Source: an uncultured Actinomycetes bacterium (GTDB lineage Bacteria; Actinomycetota; Thermoleophilia; Gaiellales; Gaiellaceae). From it: a DNA stretch of 64,000 bases. Numbering within the stretch: the stretch's first letter is position 1; every line of letters begins with the position of its first letter. The translations under genes were made by a program, and so were the position numbers. The DNA lies in contig CAWFDO010000012.1 of NCBI GenBank assembly GCA_963814565.1, positions 437 through 64,436 of the forward strand, given 5' to 3'. Below are positions 46,710-55,549 of this stretch, piece after piece. The notes under the pieces are model-generated. The model ran no database searches and was not told the origin of the DNA. It worked only from the letters and a program-made list of their open reading frames with translations.

Positions 46710-46869
46710 AGCTCGTTTCACCACGAAGCCTTGTGCCGCCGGAACGCGCTGGGCGGCGCGATGCGGCGTCCTCGGTCGCGCACATATGCCCCATATGGGC
46801 GCTCCCTGCGTCCTTGCCTCGCGCCGCCCAGCGCGCCCCGTCGACGAAGCGTCATGGTGAAACGAGCTC
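46709..46869. repeat. 161-bp palindromic (MITE/REPIN-like) element
   Basis: Perfect 15-bp terminal IR GAGCTCGTTTCACCA/TGGTGAAACGAGCTC; inner IR CGCGCTGGGCGGCGCGA/TCGCGCCGCCCAGCGCG; apex CATATG/CATATG. Confidence 0.8.
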
Positions 46870-47796
46870 CCAGGCCGATCGAGCGTGTCTGCGTGATCGG
46901 TGCCGGTGCCATCGGAAGCCTCTTTGCCGGGCACCTTGCCCAGGTCGCGGACGTCTCGGTGCTGACGCGCCGTCGCGACCACGCCGAGGCGCTCGAGCGG
47001 GACGGCCTCCGCGTCACCGGCCGCAGCGACCTGCATGCCCGCGTCCGGGCGACGCCCGACCCGGACGGGCTCGAGCCGTTCGACCTCGGAATCGTCGCAA
47101 CGAAGGCGAACGGTCTCGAGGACGCGGCGGCAAGCCTCGAGGGGCGGTTCCCCGGGGCGATGCTGATGACGACGCTCAACGGGCTCGGTGCCGAGGAGGT
47201 CGTGCGGGCGCACGGCGACTGGCCGCTCGTCTCGGCGGTGACCTTCATGTCCGGGACGAAGCACTCCGACACCGAGGTCGAGTACATCCTCGACACGGCC
47301 GACGTGGATGGGGCCGTACGAGGACACGCCGCTCGAGCATGTCGAGGAGATCGGCGAGCTCATCCGGCGGGCCGGCCTCGTGGCGGAGGTCTTCGCCGAC
47401 CTGCGTCCGGCGCAGTGGTCGAAGCTCATCTTCAACGCGACGGTCAACTCGGTCGCAGCCCTCACGGGCCTTCCCCACGACGCGCATTTCGCGGCGGAGG
47501 AGAGTCCGGACGACCTCGGTCATCTCGTCCACGACCTCGTCGACGAGGGGAAGGCGGTCGCCGAGGCGGCAGGGATCGAGCTCCACGAGGACCCGTGGGA
47601 GATGAACGTGCTCGCCACCCGCCGCGGGTCGGCTCACTATCCGTCGATGCTGGAAGACGTCGAAGCACACAGGGCGACGGAGATCGACCTCATTACCGGC
47701 TCACTCGTCCGCGAGGCGGAGCGTCATGGCGTCCCGGTGCCACTGCACACGGCGCTGCTCCGGCTCGTCAAGGCGAGGGAGGAATCGTGGACTTGA
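46854..47796 (+). CDS. Ketopantoate reductase (PanE/ApbA)-like 2-oxoacid reductase, copy 1; frameshift near 47300
   Basis: VIGAGAIG; LNGLG; WSKLIFNATVN; PSMLEDVEAHRATEID. Confidence 0.88.
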
Positions 47797-47827
47797 GAAC
47801 GTCCACACCCACGTACCAGGAGGCGTG

Positions 47828-49015
47828 ATGACGAGAAGGAAGACAGGAGCGCTCGCGGCGGCGCTCGCAACGCTCACCGCGATCGTCGCGATCACCGCCG
47901 CGTCCGCACCGGCGGCGTCGAGCGACCCGATCGTGATCGGCTGGGCGTTCGACGGCAACGGCGCCATGGCGCCGTTCGACGGGCCTGCGCTCGCGGCCGC
48001 CCAGATCCGCGTCAAGCAGGTGAACGCCCGGGGCGGCGCCAACGGTCGCAGGCTGCAGATCGTGACCTGCAACACGCAGGGCAACAAGCCGGCGATCGCG
48101 CGGGCGTGCGCGGCGCGGTTGCTCTCGCGGGGAGCGGACGTCATCTTCACGACGTGCGACGTCGACTTCGCGGCGCCGGTCGTCCAGGAGACGATCAACC
48201 GCGGCGTCCTCGCGGTCGCGCCGTGCATCGGCACCGACCAGATGGGGCCGAAGCGCTTCGGCGCCAAGGGACGGCTCGCGTTCTCGTTCGGGAACGTGGC
48301 GCAGGACGAGGGATCGGCGATGGCCGAGTTCGCGTGGAGCAAGGGGTGGCGGAACGCAAGCCTCGCGACCGACACGGTGATCGTCTACTTCCGTGATGTC
48401 GTCAAGGCGTTCAAGGCGCGGTTCACGCAGCTCGGCGGCAAGATCGTCGCGGAGGAGAGCTACCAGTCGCTCGGCTCGACGAACATCACGAACGCCGTCA
48501 CGCGGTTGAACGGGCGTCAGGCGGACGTGATCGTGACATCGACGGCGGGCGCGTTCGGCGCCCTCCCGCAGATGATCTCGGGGCTGCGCACGCTCGGGAA
48601 CAACACGCCGGTGCTGAACTCCTGGGCCGGTGACGGGGTCTACTGGGTCACGAAGGAGCCGCAGGTGACGAACTACTACTTCGTCACCTACGCGTCGATC
48701 TTCGGCGACGACCCGGTCGGCGCGGTCAACGCGCTCGCCAAGGCCCTCAAGGCCGGGACGGGCGGGTTCGTGACGGGCTCCGCCGCCGTCGACGGCGTGG
48801 TGACCGCGATCAAGCGGTCACGCGGGTCGACGAACGGCGTCGTGCTCGCCGCGACGATGGAGAAGTTCAGGAAGGTCCCGACGCTCTCGGGCCTCGTGAG
48901 CTTCTCGCCGTCACTGCACTCGGTGTTCGGCCGGCAGTACCGCGTGATCCAGATCCAGAACAACCAGGGCAAGCGCGTCGGCTCGGTCGTCGCGAAGGTC
49001 GTCCCGAAGATCTAG
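47828..49015 (+). CDS. ABC substrate-binding protein (HAAT family)
   Basis: Signal peptide; NARGGANGRRLQIV; TCDVDFAAP. Confidence 0.88.
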   Translation: MTRRKTGALAAALATLTAIVAITAASAPAASSDPIVIGWAFDGNGAMAPFDGPALAAAQIRVKQVNARGGANGRRLQIVTCNTQGNKPAIARACAARLLSRGADVIFTTCDVDFAAPVVQETINRGVLAVAPCIGTDQMGPKRFGAKGRLAFSFGNVAQDEGSAMAEFAWSKGWRNASLATDTVIVYFRDVVKAFKARFTQLGGKIVAEESYQSLGSTNITNAVTRLNGRQADVIVTSTAGAFGALPQMISGLRTLGNNTPVLNSWAGDGVYWVTKEPQVTNYYFVTYASIFGDDPVGAVNALAKALKAGTGGFVTGSAAVDGVVTAIKRSRGSTNGVVLAATMEKFRKVPTLSGLVSFSPSLHSVFGRQYRVIQIQNNQGKRVGSVVAKVVPKI

Positions 49016-49181
49016 ATGGTCGACCGGCGATTCCCGCGAACCGGATGGCGCCCCAGACGCGTCGCCGGATCACCCCGTCCGGGCACGGCCCGTAGTGCCA
49101 GCTACGAGCCGCGCCCGGCCGGTGCGCCCGGCTTGGTCTGGGACGCCCCCGGACGTCACGCCAATCACCGGTCGACCATCT
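49014..49181. repeat. 168-bp imperfect palindrome between the SBP and ATPase genes
   Basis: AGATGGTCGACCGGCGATT vs reverse complement of AATCACCGGTCGACCATCT (18/19); nested inner stems. Confidence 0.75.
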
Positions 49182-49199
49182 CGGGACGGCTCGGATCGG

Positions 49200-49971
49200 C
49201 ACCGACGTAGCGCCGCAGGACGATCGGCGGCCCGGAGGAGCGCTCCGGGCCGCCGATCTCGCGCGCTCGTTCGACGGTGTCCAGGCGGTTCAGGGCGTCT
49301 CGCTCGCGCTCCACCGCCACGAGGTCGTCGGGCTGATCGGCCCGAACGGCGCCGGCAAGTCGACCCTCGTCAACCTTCTGACCGGCTTCGACCTGCCGAC
49401 CGCGGGGTCGGTCGAGCTCGACGGCCGCGACATCACACGCTGGAGCGCGAGCCGGCGCGGGAGGCACGGTCTCGCACGGACGTTCCAACACAGCCACCCG
49501 TTCCGGTCGCTCTCCGTGCGGGAGAACGTCGAGGTGTCGTCTCTCGGCGTGGGTGCGTCGCCGGCGACGGCACGGCGCACCGCCGACGAGCTGCTCGGGC
49601 TGCTCGGGCTCGACGACTACGCAGACGGGCCCGCGGGTGCGCTCGCGCACGGCGACGAACGGCGCCTCGGGGTCGCGCGGGCGCTCGCGACGCGGCCGAG
49701 CTTCGTCCTCATGGACGAGCCGGCGGCGGGGCTGCCCGAGGCGGAGGTGCCGGAGTTCGCCTCTGTGGTGCGGTCCGTTCGCGACGAGCACGGTGCCGGC
49801 GTCCTCCTGATCGACCACAACATGGCGCTGATCATGGAGGTCTGCGACCGGATCCAGGTCCTCGACCACGGACGGACGCTCGCGGAGGGCACGCCGACCG
49901 AGATTCGCGCGAACCTCGACGTGGCCGCCGCCTACCTCGGCGAGAGCGCCGTCCACGAAGGGCCGTCGTGA
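49200..49971 (+). CDS. ABC ATP-binding protein (LivG-like); start codon not evident
   Basis: Open frame from about 49100: LARSFDGVQAVQGVSL..GPNGAGKST; MDEPAAGL; IDHNM. Confidence 0.82.
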
Positions 49972-50681
49972 CGGGGCCCGGGCTGACCGTCACGGACCTC
50001 GAGGTGCGCTACGGCCCGGTGGCCGCCGTCCGCGGGGTGTCGTTCGAGGTGGCGCCCGGCGAGATCGTCGGGCTGATCGGGCCGAACGGCGCCGGGAAGT
50101 CCTCGACCCTGCACGCGATCATGGGGCTCGTCCGGGTATCCGCCGGCGACGTCCGCCTCGGCGATCGCTCCCTCCGTGGACGACCACCCGAGGCCGTCGC
50201 GCGGAGCGGGATCGCGCTCGTCCCCGAGGGGCGCCGGATCTTCGGCGAGCTCACCGTCGACGAGAACCTCCGCCTCGGGCTCTCCGGACGACGCTCGCCG
50301 GACGGTGCGGCCGAGGACGTCGACCAGGTCCTCGAGATGTTTCCGGTCGTGGCCGAGTTCCGCGGGCGGCACGCCGGAGCGCTGTCGGGCGGCCAGCAGC
50401 AGCAGCTGGCGATCGCACGTGCCCTCGTCGCGGCTCCCGACGTCCTGCTCCTCGACGAGCCGTCGCTCGGGCTCTCCCCGACGGTCACCGACGCGGTCTT
50501 CGAGGTGCTCGCCGCGATCCGCGACCGCGGCATCGCCGTGCTCCTCGTCGAGCAGCGCGCGCAGCGGACCGTGGCGCTCGCGAACCGCTCCCTCGTCCTC
50601 GCGAACGGGGAGATCCGCCTGACGCTCACCCCCGACGACGCCGGAGACACCGAGCGCATGATCCACGCCTACCTGTCATGA
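49968..50681 (+). CDS. ABC ATP-binding protein (LivF-like)
   Basis: GPNGAGKSS; VPEGRRIF; LSGGQQQQLA; DEPSLGL. Confidence 0.9.
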   Translation: MTGPGLTVTDLEVRYGPVAAVRGVSFEVAPGEIVGLIGPNGAGKSSTLHAIMGLVRVSAGDVRLGDRSLRGRPPEAVARSGIALVPEGRRIFGELTVDENLRLGLSGRRSPDGAAEDVDQVLEMFPVVAEFRGRHAGALSGGQQQQLAIARALVAAPDVLLLDEPSLGLSPTVTDAVFEVLAAIRDRGIAVLLVEQRAQRTVALANRSLVLANGEIRLTLTPDDAGDTERMIHAYLS

Positions 50682-51619
50682 GCGTGGTCGCAAGCGGGCT
50701 CACCGACTTCCTGCGCGCGGCGATCGAGCCGCAGGTGCAGGTCGACGCGATCGGCATCGGCGCGGTCTACGCTCTGATGGCCGTCGGCATCGGCCTCGTC
50801 TTCGGCGTGCTGCGTCTCGTCAACTTCGCCTACGGCCAGCTCGTGATGGCCGGGGCGTTTGCCCTCGCCTTCGCGTCAGACCAGGACTGGCCGGTCTGGC
50901 TGGGCATCGTCCTCTGCTTCGCCGTCGTGCTCGCGCTGTCCGCGGCGATGGACCGCATCGTCTTCCGGCCGTTGCGGACCCAGTCGGCGGCCACGATGCT
51001 CGTCGCCACGTTCGCGGTCGCGTTCCTCCTGCAGGCGATAGCGCTCCTCATCGACCAACGTGACGACACGCTCGGGGAGCCCGCGGCCTCGCTCGCGAAG
51101 CTCAACCTCCCGTGGACGATTTTCGGGACCGACGTGCGCAAGATCACCGTCGTCGCCATCGTCACCGCGGCCGTGTGCCTGATCGCGCTCGTGCTCTTCC
51201 TCGGCCGGACGAAGGTCGGCCTGCAGATGCGCGCGGCGGCGATGGACTTCCAGACCGCCCGGCTCCTCGGCGTCCGCGCGAACCGGGTGATCGGCTCGGC
51301 GGTCCTGCTCTCGGGGATCCTCGCCGCGATCGTCGCGGTGATGCTTACGGTGCAGCAGCCCCTCGTCACGTCGACCTTCGCCCTGCGGGAGACGATCGTC
51401 GTCCTCGCCGGGGTCGTCGTCGGCGGCATGAACCGGTTGCTCTCGGCGACGCTCGGCGGCTTCGCGATCGGATACGCGTCCGGGCTGCTCGGCGGCGCGC
51501 TCCCGACCGCGCAGAGCCAGTACCTGCCGTCGTTCCTCTTCGGCCTCGTGATCCTGACCCTGCTTGTACGGCCCGGCGGGCTCTTCACGCGTGGTCGCGG
51601 GCCGGTGGAGCGCGTATGA
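50678..51619 (+). CDS. ABC permease (LivH-like)
   Basis: GIGLVFGVLRLVNFAYG; LVRPGGLF. Confidence 0.9.
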   Translation: MSVVASGLTDFLRAAIEPQVQVDAIGIGAVYALMAVGIGLVFGVLRLVNFAYGQLVMAGAFALAFASDQDWPVWLGIVLCFAVVLALSAAMDRIVFRPLRTQSAATMLVATFAVAFLLQAIALLIDQRDDTLGEPAASLAKLNLPWTIFGTDVRKITVVAIVTAAVCLIALVLFLGRTKVGLQMRAAAMDFQTARLLGVRANRVIGSAVLLSGILAAIVAVMLTVQQPLVTSTFALRETIVVLAGVVVGGMNRLLSATLGGFAIGYASGLLGGALPTAQSQYLPSFLFGLVILTLLVRPGGLFTRGRGPVERV

Positions 51620-52635
51620 GGCAACTGCGCACGTTCCTGCCCGTGCTCGCGCCCGTGGCGCTCGTCGTCGCGACGGGCGTCGTCGGGACCTTTTTCGAGC
51701 GCTCGACCGAGATCTACTTCATCAACGCGCTCGTCTCGGTGTCGATCGTGGTCGCCATCTACCTCTTCGTCGGCAACTCGGGCGTCCTCTCGTTCGGGCA
51801 CATCAGCTTCGTCGCCGTCGGTGCATGGACGGCGGGCGTCCTCTCGGTGGCGGTGGAGGAGAAGCCGGCGACGATGCCCAACCTCTTCGGGTTCCTTTCG
51901 GACACGACCGTCGGCAACGTTCCGTCGCTCCTGCTCGCGGCGCTCGTCGGCGGCGTCTTCGCGCTCGTCGCAGGCCTCCCGCTGATGCGGCTCTCCGGCC
52001 TCGCCGCCGGCATCGCCACGTTCGCCGTGCTCGAGATCACGAGCAACATCCTTCGCTACCAAGAGCGGATCGGCCCGGGGCTCAACGTCTTCTCGTCGGT
52101 GCCGGAGACCACCGACATGCAACAGGCCGCGATCGGCGCCGTCGTCGCGATCGCCGTCGCATTCGCATACCAGGTGAGCCGCTTCGGACGGCAGCTGCGC
52201 GCCGCGCGCGACGACGCACCGGCGGCCCGCGCCGTCGGCATCTCGGTGTACCGTCAGCGGCTGATCGCCTTCGGGCTCTCCGGTGCGCTCGCGGGCTTTG
52301 CCGGCGGGCTGTACGTCCACTTCCTCCCGATCAACGTCGACGCCGTCTACCTCGACCTCACGTTCATCACGCTCGCGATGCTCGTGATCGGCGGCATGAC
52401 CAGCCTGTGGGGCGCCGTCGTCGGCGCGCTCGCCGTCTCGGGGCTCGACTCGCTGCTCGCGGAGGCCGAGAACGGCGCCTTCCGCATCGACCTCCCCTCG
52501 GGGAGCCGGATCGTCGTCGTCGGCGCGCTGATGGCGCTCGTGCTGATCCTGCGGCCCGAGGGCATCACGGGCGGGAGAGAGGTGCCGTTGGGCCGCCTCG
52601 CACGCGCGCGGACGGTGAAGGAGGGAGCGACATGA
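51616..52635 (+). CDS. ABC permease (LivM-like)
   Basis: SGVLSFGH; GRQLRAARDDAPAARAVGI; ILRPEGITG. Confidence 0.9.
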   Translation: MRQLRTFLPVLAPVALVVATGVVGTFFERSTEIYFINALVSVSIVVAIYLFVGNSGVLSFGHISFVAVGAWTAGVLSVAVEEKPATMPNLFGFLSDTTVGNVPSLLLAALVGGVFALVAGLPLMRLSGLAAGIATFAVLEITSNILRYQERIGPGLNVFSSVPETTDMQQAAIGAVVAIAVAFAYQVSRFGRQLRAARDDAPAARAVGISVYRQRLIAFGLSGALAGFAGGLYVHFLPINVDAVYLDLTFITLAMLVIGGMTSLWGAVVGALAVSGLDSLLAEAENGAFRIDLPSGSRIVVVGALMALVLILRPEGITGGREVPLGRLARARTVKEGAT

Positions 52636-53552
52636 GGATCTGCGTCGTCGGCTGCGGAGCGGTGGGGTCGCTGTTCGCCGCAAATCTCGCGACCCTCGAC
52701 GACGTCGACGTGTGGGCGTTCGACCTGAACAGAGCGCATGTCGATGCGATCAAAAAGAACGGATTGCAATTGACCGGCGCGGGCGAGGTCGTCGGCCGAC
52801 CGAATGCCACCTCGGACGCCGGCGAGCTGCCGCCGTGCGAGTACGGGATCGTTGCGACGAAAGCGATGCACGCCGACGGCGCGATCGCCGCGACGGCGCA
52901 CGCGTTCGCCGACGGTGCGGTCGCGTCGGTGATGAACGGCGTCGGCAACGAGGAGACGCTCGCGGAGCACGTGGAGCGCGTGATCCGCGGGACGACCTTC
53001 CCGGCGGGGAAGCTGCTCGAGCCCGGCGTCGTGCAGTGGGACGTCAAGGGCGACACGACGTTCGGGCCGTTCGAGCCACGGCCGATCGACGTCGCGGCGA
53101 TCGAGCCGCTCGCCGACGCGTGCACCCGCGCGGGAATGCCGGCCGCAGCGGTCGGCGACGCGCGCCCGGGCCAGTGGCGCAAGGTGATCTTCAACGCGGC
53201 GACGAATCCAATCGGCGCGCTGACCGGGCTCACGCACGGCCGCGTCTGCGAGCGGCCCGACCTGCGCGCCCTCGTCTCCGGGCTCGTCGACGAGGGCACG
53301 GCGGTCGCCACGGCGCAGGGAATCGTGCTCGACGCCGACCCGGAGGAGCTCATCGACCACGCCGCCCGTCCCGACGTCGCGTACGGGCACAGGGCTTCGA
53401 TGCTGCAGGACGTCGAGGCCCGGCGGGCGACGGAGATCGACTACCTGAACGGCGGCATCGCACGCTTCGGGCGCGAGCTCGGCGTGCCGACGCCGCTCCA
53501 CGACGCGGTCACCGCACTGATCAAGGGGGTAGAGGCTTCATGGCAACAGTGA
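52632..53552 (+). CDS. Ketopantoate reductase-like 2-oxoacid reductase, copy 2
   Basis: VVGCGAVG; MNGVG; WRKVIFNAATN; ASMLQDVEARRATEIDYLNG. Confidence 0.9.
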   Translation: MRICVVGCGAVGSLFAANLATLDDVDVWAFDLNRAHVDAIKKNGLQLTGAGEVVGRPNATSDAGELPPCEYGIVATKAMHADGAIAATAHAFADGAVASVMNGVGNEETLAEHVERVIRGTTFPAGKLLEPGVVQWDVKGDTTFGPFEPRPIDVAAIEPLADACTRAGMPAAAVGDARPGQWRKVIFNAATNPIGALTGLTHGRVCERPDLRALVSGLVDEGTAVATAQGIVLDADPEELIDHAARPDVAYGHRASMLQDVEARRATEIDYLNGGIARFGRELGVPTPLHDAVTALIKGVEASWQQ

Positions 53553-54667
53553 CTGACGTGAGATCCGACCTCGACCGCCGGTACGCGAACGTCCGTGCTG
53601 CGATGGCGGAGCACTCGCTCGACGCGCTCGTCGTCGCGGGGAGCGAGTACTCGGGCTTCGAGGGCGCCGTGACGTATCTGACCGGCTTCCAGATCGTGCA
53701 CCGGTACGCGTACGCGATCGTCCCCGCCGACGGCGACCCGTTCGTCGTCTTCCCGTCCGAGGCGCGCTACGTCGGAGAGCACGGTACGGCGCTCGTCGAG
53801 CAGCGCTTCGATCCGCACCCGGGCACGGCGATCGCCGCGCACGCGAGGGACGCGGGCTGGCGGCGCGTCGGCGTGTACGGGCTCGACTACGTGATGACCG
53901 TGCGGGACTACCGGCCGCTCGAGGGGCTCGACCTCGTCCCGTTCGACGTCGAGTTCGATCTTGCGCGCGCGGTGAAGAGCGACCTCGAGCTGGAGAGCGT
54001 GCGCGACTCGGTGCGAATCAACCGGCGCGGCTTCGAGGTCTGGGCCGAGGCCTACGCGCCCGGCCGGACCGCGGCCGAGGTGATGGCGGTCGCCGAGGAG
54101 TACTTCATCGCCGAGGGCTGCGGCCGGCTCACGATGAACATGGTCCTGACCGCGCCGGGACGCTCGGGCATCGCGCTGCCGGAGTTCAAGATCGCGCGCA
54201 AGGAGGAGATCCTCGGCGACTTCGTCCTCCCGTCGCTCGAGGTGGCCGGCCCCGGGATGCACTGGGTCGAGGTGTCGCGCGCCGTCGCGGCCGAGGGGAC
54301 GGAGCTCTCGGACGACACGAGGGCGATGGAGGATGCCTACGTCGAGTACTTCGAGGCGGCCCGGGGCGCCATGCGGGCCGGTGCGACGTGCCACGACGTG
54401 CACACGGCCGTCTCGAAGGGCTTCCACGACCGCGGGTACCACCTGGGGCACGTCACCGGCCACTCGATCGGGATGACGATGATCGAGTTCCCGAAGGTGG
54501 GGGAGGGCGTCGAGACCGAGCTCGCGGAGAACATGGTGCTGTCGATGCATCCGCACGCGATCGCCGCCAACGGCGAGGACTGCCTTTACATGCAGGACAC
54601 GTGGCTGGTGACGGCCGAGGGCGGCGTTCCCCTGGCAGATCTGCCGATGGAGATCGTCGTCCGGTGA
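53540..54667 (+). CDS. M24/creatinase-fold hydrolase lacking canonical metal ligands
   Basis: VTYLTGF; RAVKSDLELESVR; GHSIG; LSMHPH; YMQDT. Confidence 0.82.
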   Translation: MATVTDVRSDLDRRYANVRAAMAEHSLDALVVAGSEYSGFEGAVTYLTGFQIVHRYAYAIVPADGDPFVVFPSEARYVGEHGTALVEQRFDPHPGTAIAAHARDAGWRRVGVYGLDYVMTVRDYRPLEGLDLVPFDVEFDLARAVKSDLELESVRDSVRINRRGFEVWAEAYAPGRTAAEVMAVAEEYFIAEGCGRLTMNMVLTAPGRSGIALPEFKIARKEEILGDFVLPSLEVAGPGMHWVEVSRAVAAEGTELSDDTRAMEDAYVEYFEAARGAMRAGATCHDVHTAVSKGFHDRGYHLGHVTGHSIGMTMIEFPKVGEGVETELAENMVLSMHPHAIAANGEDCLYMQDTWLVTAEGGVPLADLPMEIVVR

Positions 54668-55302
54668 CCCTCGCGGACGGGCTCGTCCGGAACGAGGACG
54701 GCGTCACCCGCTGCTGGTGGGGCGGCGGCGACCACCCCGAGTACCGCTCGTACCACGACGACGAGTGGGGGACGCCCGTCACGGACGACGTCCGGCTCTT
54801 CGAGAAGCTCTCGCTCGAGGGCTTCCAGTCCGGGCTCTCGTGGCTGACGATCCTGCGCAAGCGCGAGGCTTTCCGTCGTGCGTTCGCCGGCTTCGACTTC
54901 CAGAGGGTCGCGCGGTACGGCGCCCGGGACGTGGAGCGCCTGCTCGACGACGCCTCGATCGTGCGTCACCGCGGCAAGATCGAGTCCACGATCAACAATG
55001 CGCGTCGGGCGCTCGAGCTCGTCGAGGCCGAGGGGTCGATCGCGGCGTTCGCCTGGCGCTTCGAGCCGGCGGCCGCGGAGCGGCCGCGGAAGATGACCCG
55101 CGAGTCGCTCCTGGAGCTCTCCCAGACGGATGCCTCGCGGGCGCTCGCCAAGGAGCTCAAGCGGCGCGGCTGGACGTTCGTCGGCCCGACGACGGCGTAC
55201 GCGTTCATGCAGGCGATGGGCCTCGTGAACGATCACCTGGAGGGCTGCCACGCCCGTCCCCGCGTCGAGGCGGCACGTGCCGCGTTGACCCGGCCGAGCT
55301 AG
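54664..55302 (+). CDS. tag: DNA-3-methyladenine glycosylase I
   Basis: RCWW..YHDDEWG; LEGFQSGLSWLTILRKR; FVGPTTAYAFMQAMGLVNDH..C. Confidence 0.95.
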   Translation: MTLADGLVRNEDGVTRCWWGGGDHPEYRSYHDDEWGTPVTDDVRLFEKLSLEGFQSGLSWLTILRKREAFRRAFAGFDFQRVARYGARDVERLLDDASIVRHRGKIESTINNARRALELVEAEGSIAAFAWRFEPAAAERPRKMTRESLLELSQTDASRALAKELKRRGWTFVGPTTAYAFMQAMGLVNDHLEGCHARPRVEAARAALTRPS

Positions 55303-55312
55303 TATCAGCAAG

Positions 55313-55543
55313 GTGAGCTGGCCGTGGATCGTCCTGCTCGCCCTCGGCGTCATCGTGATCGTCGCTGCGGAATGGCCGAGGGTGTCCGAAGTCGTCGGGG
55401 CCGACGCACGGCGTCGTCGTGAGCGCGAGCGCCGCAAGGCGAAGCTGCGTGTCGTGAAGACGGACGACGACGACTTCGTGGAGAGCGTCCAGCGGGATCT
55501 CGACGCGCTTCCGACGATCGAAGAGCCGCGAACGAAGCGCTAG
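55313..55543 (+). CDS. Small single-pass membrane protein
   Basis: N-terminal TM helix, charged tail; leaderless -10 TAGTAT 55300-55305. Confidence 0.6.
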   Translation: MSWPWIVLLALGVIVIVAAEWPRVSEVVGADARRRRERERRKAKLRVVKTDDDDFVESVQRDLDALPTIEEPRTKR

Positions 55544-55549
55544 ACGGGG

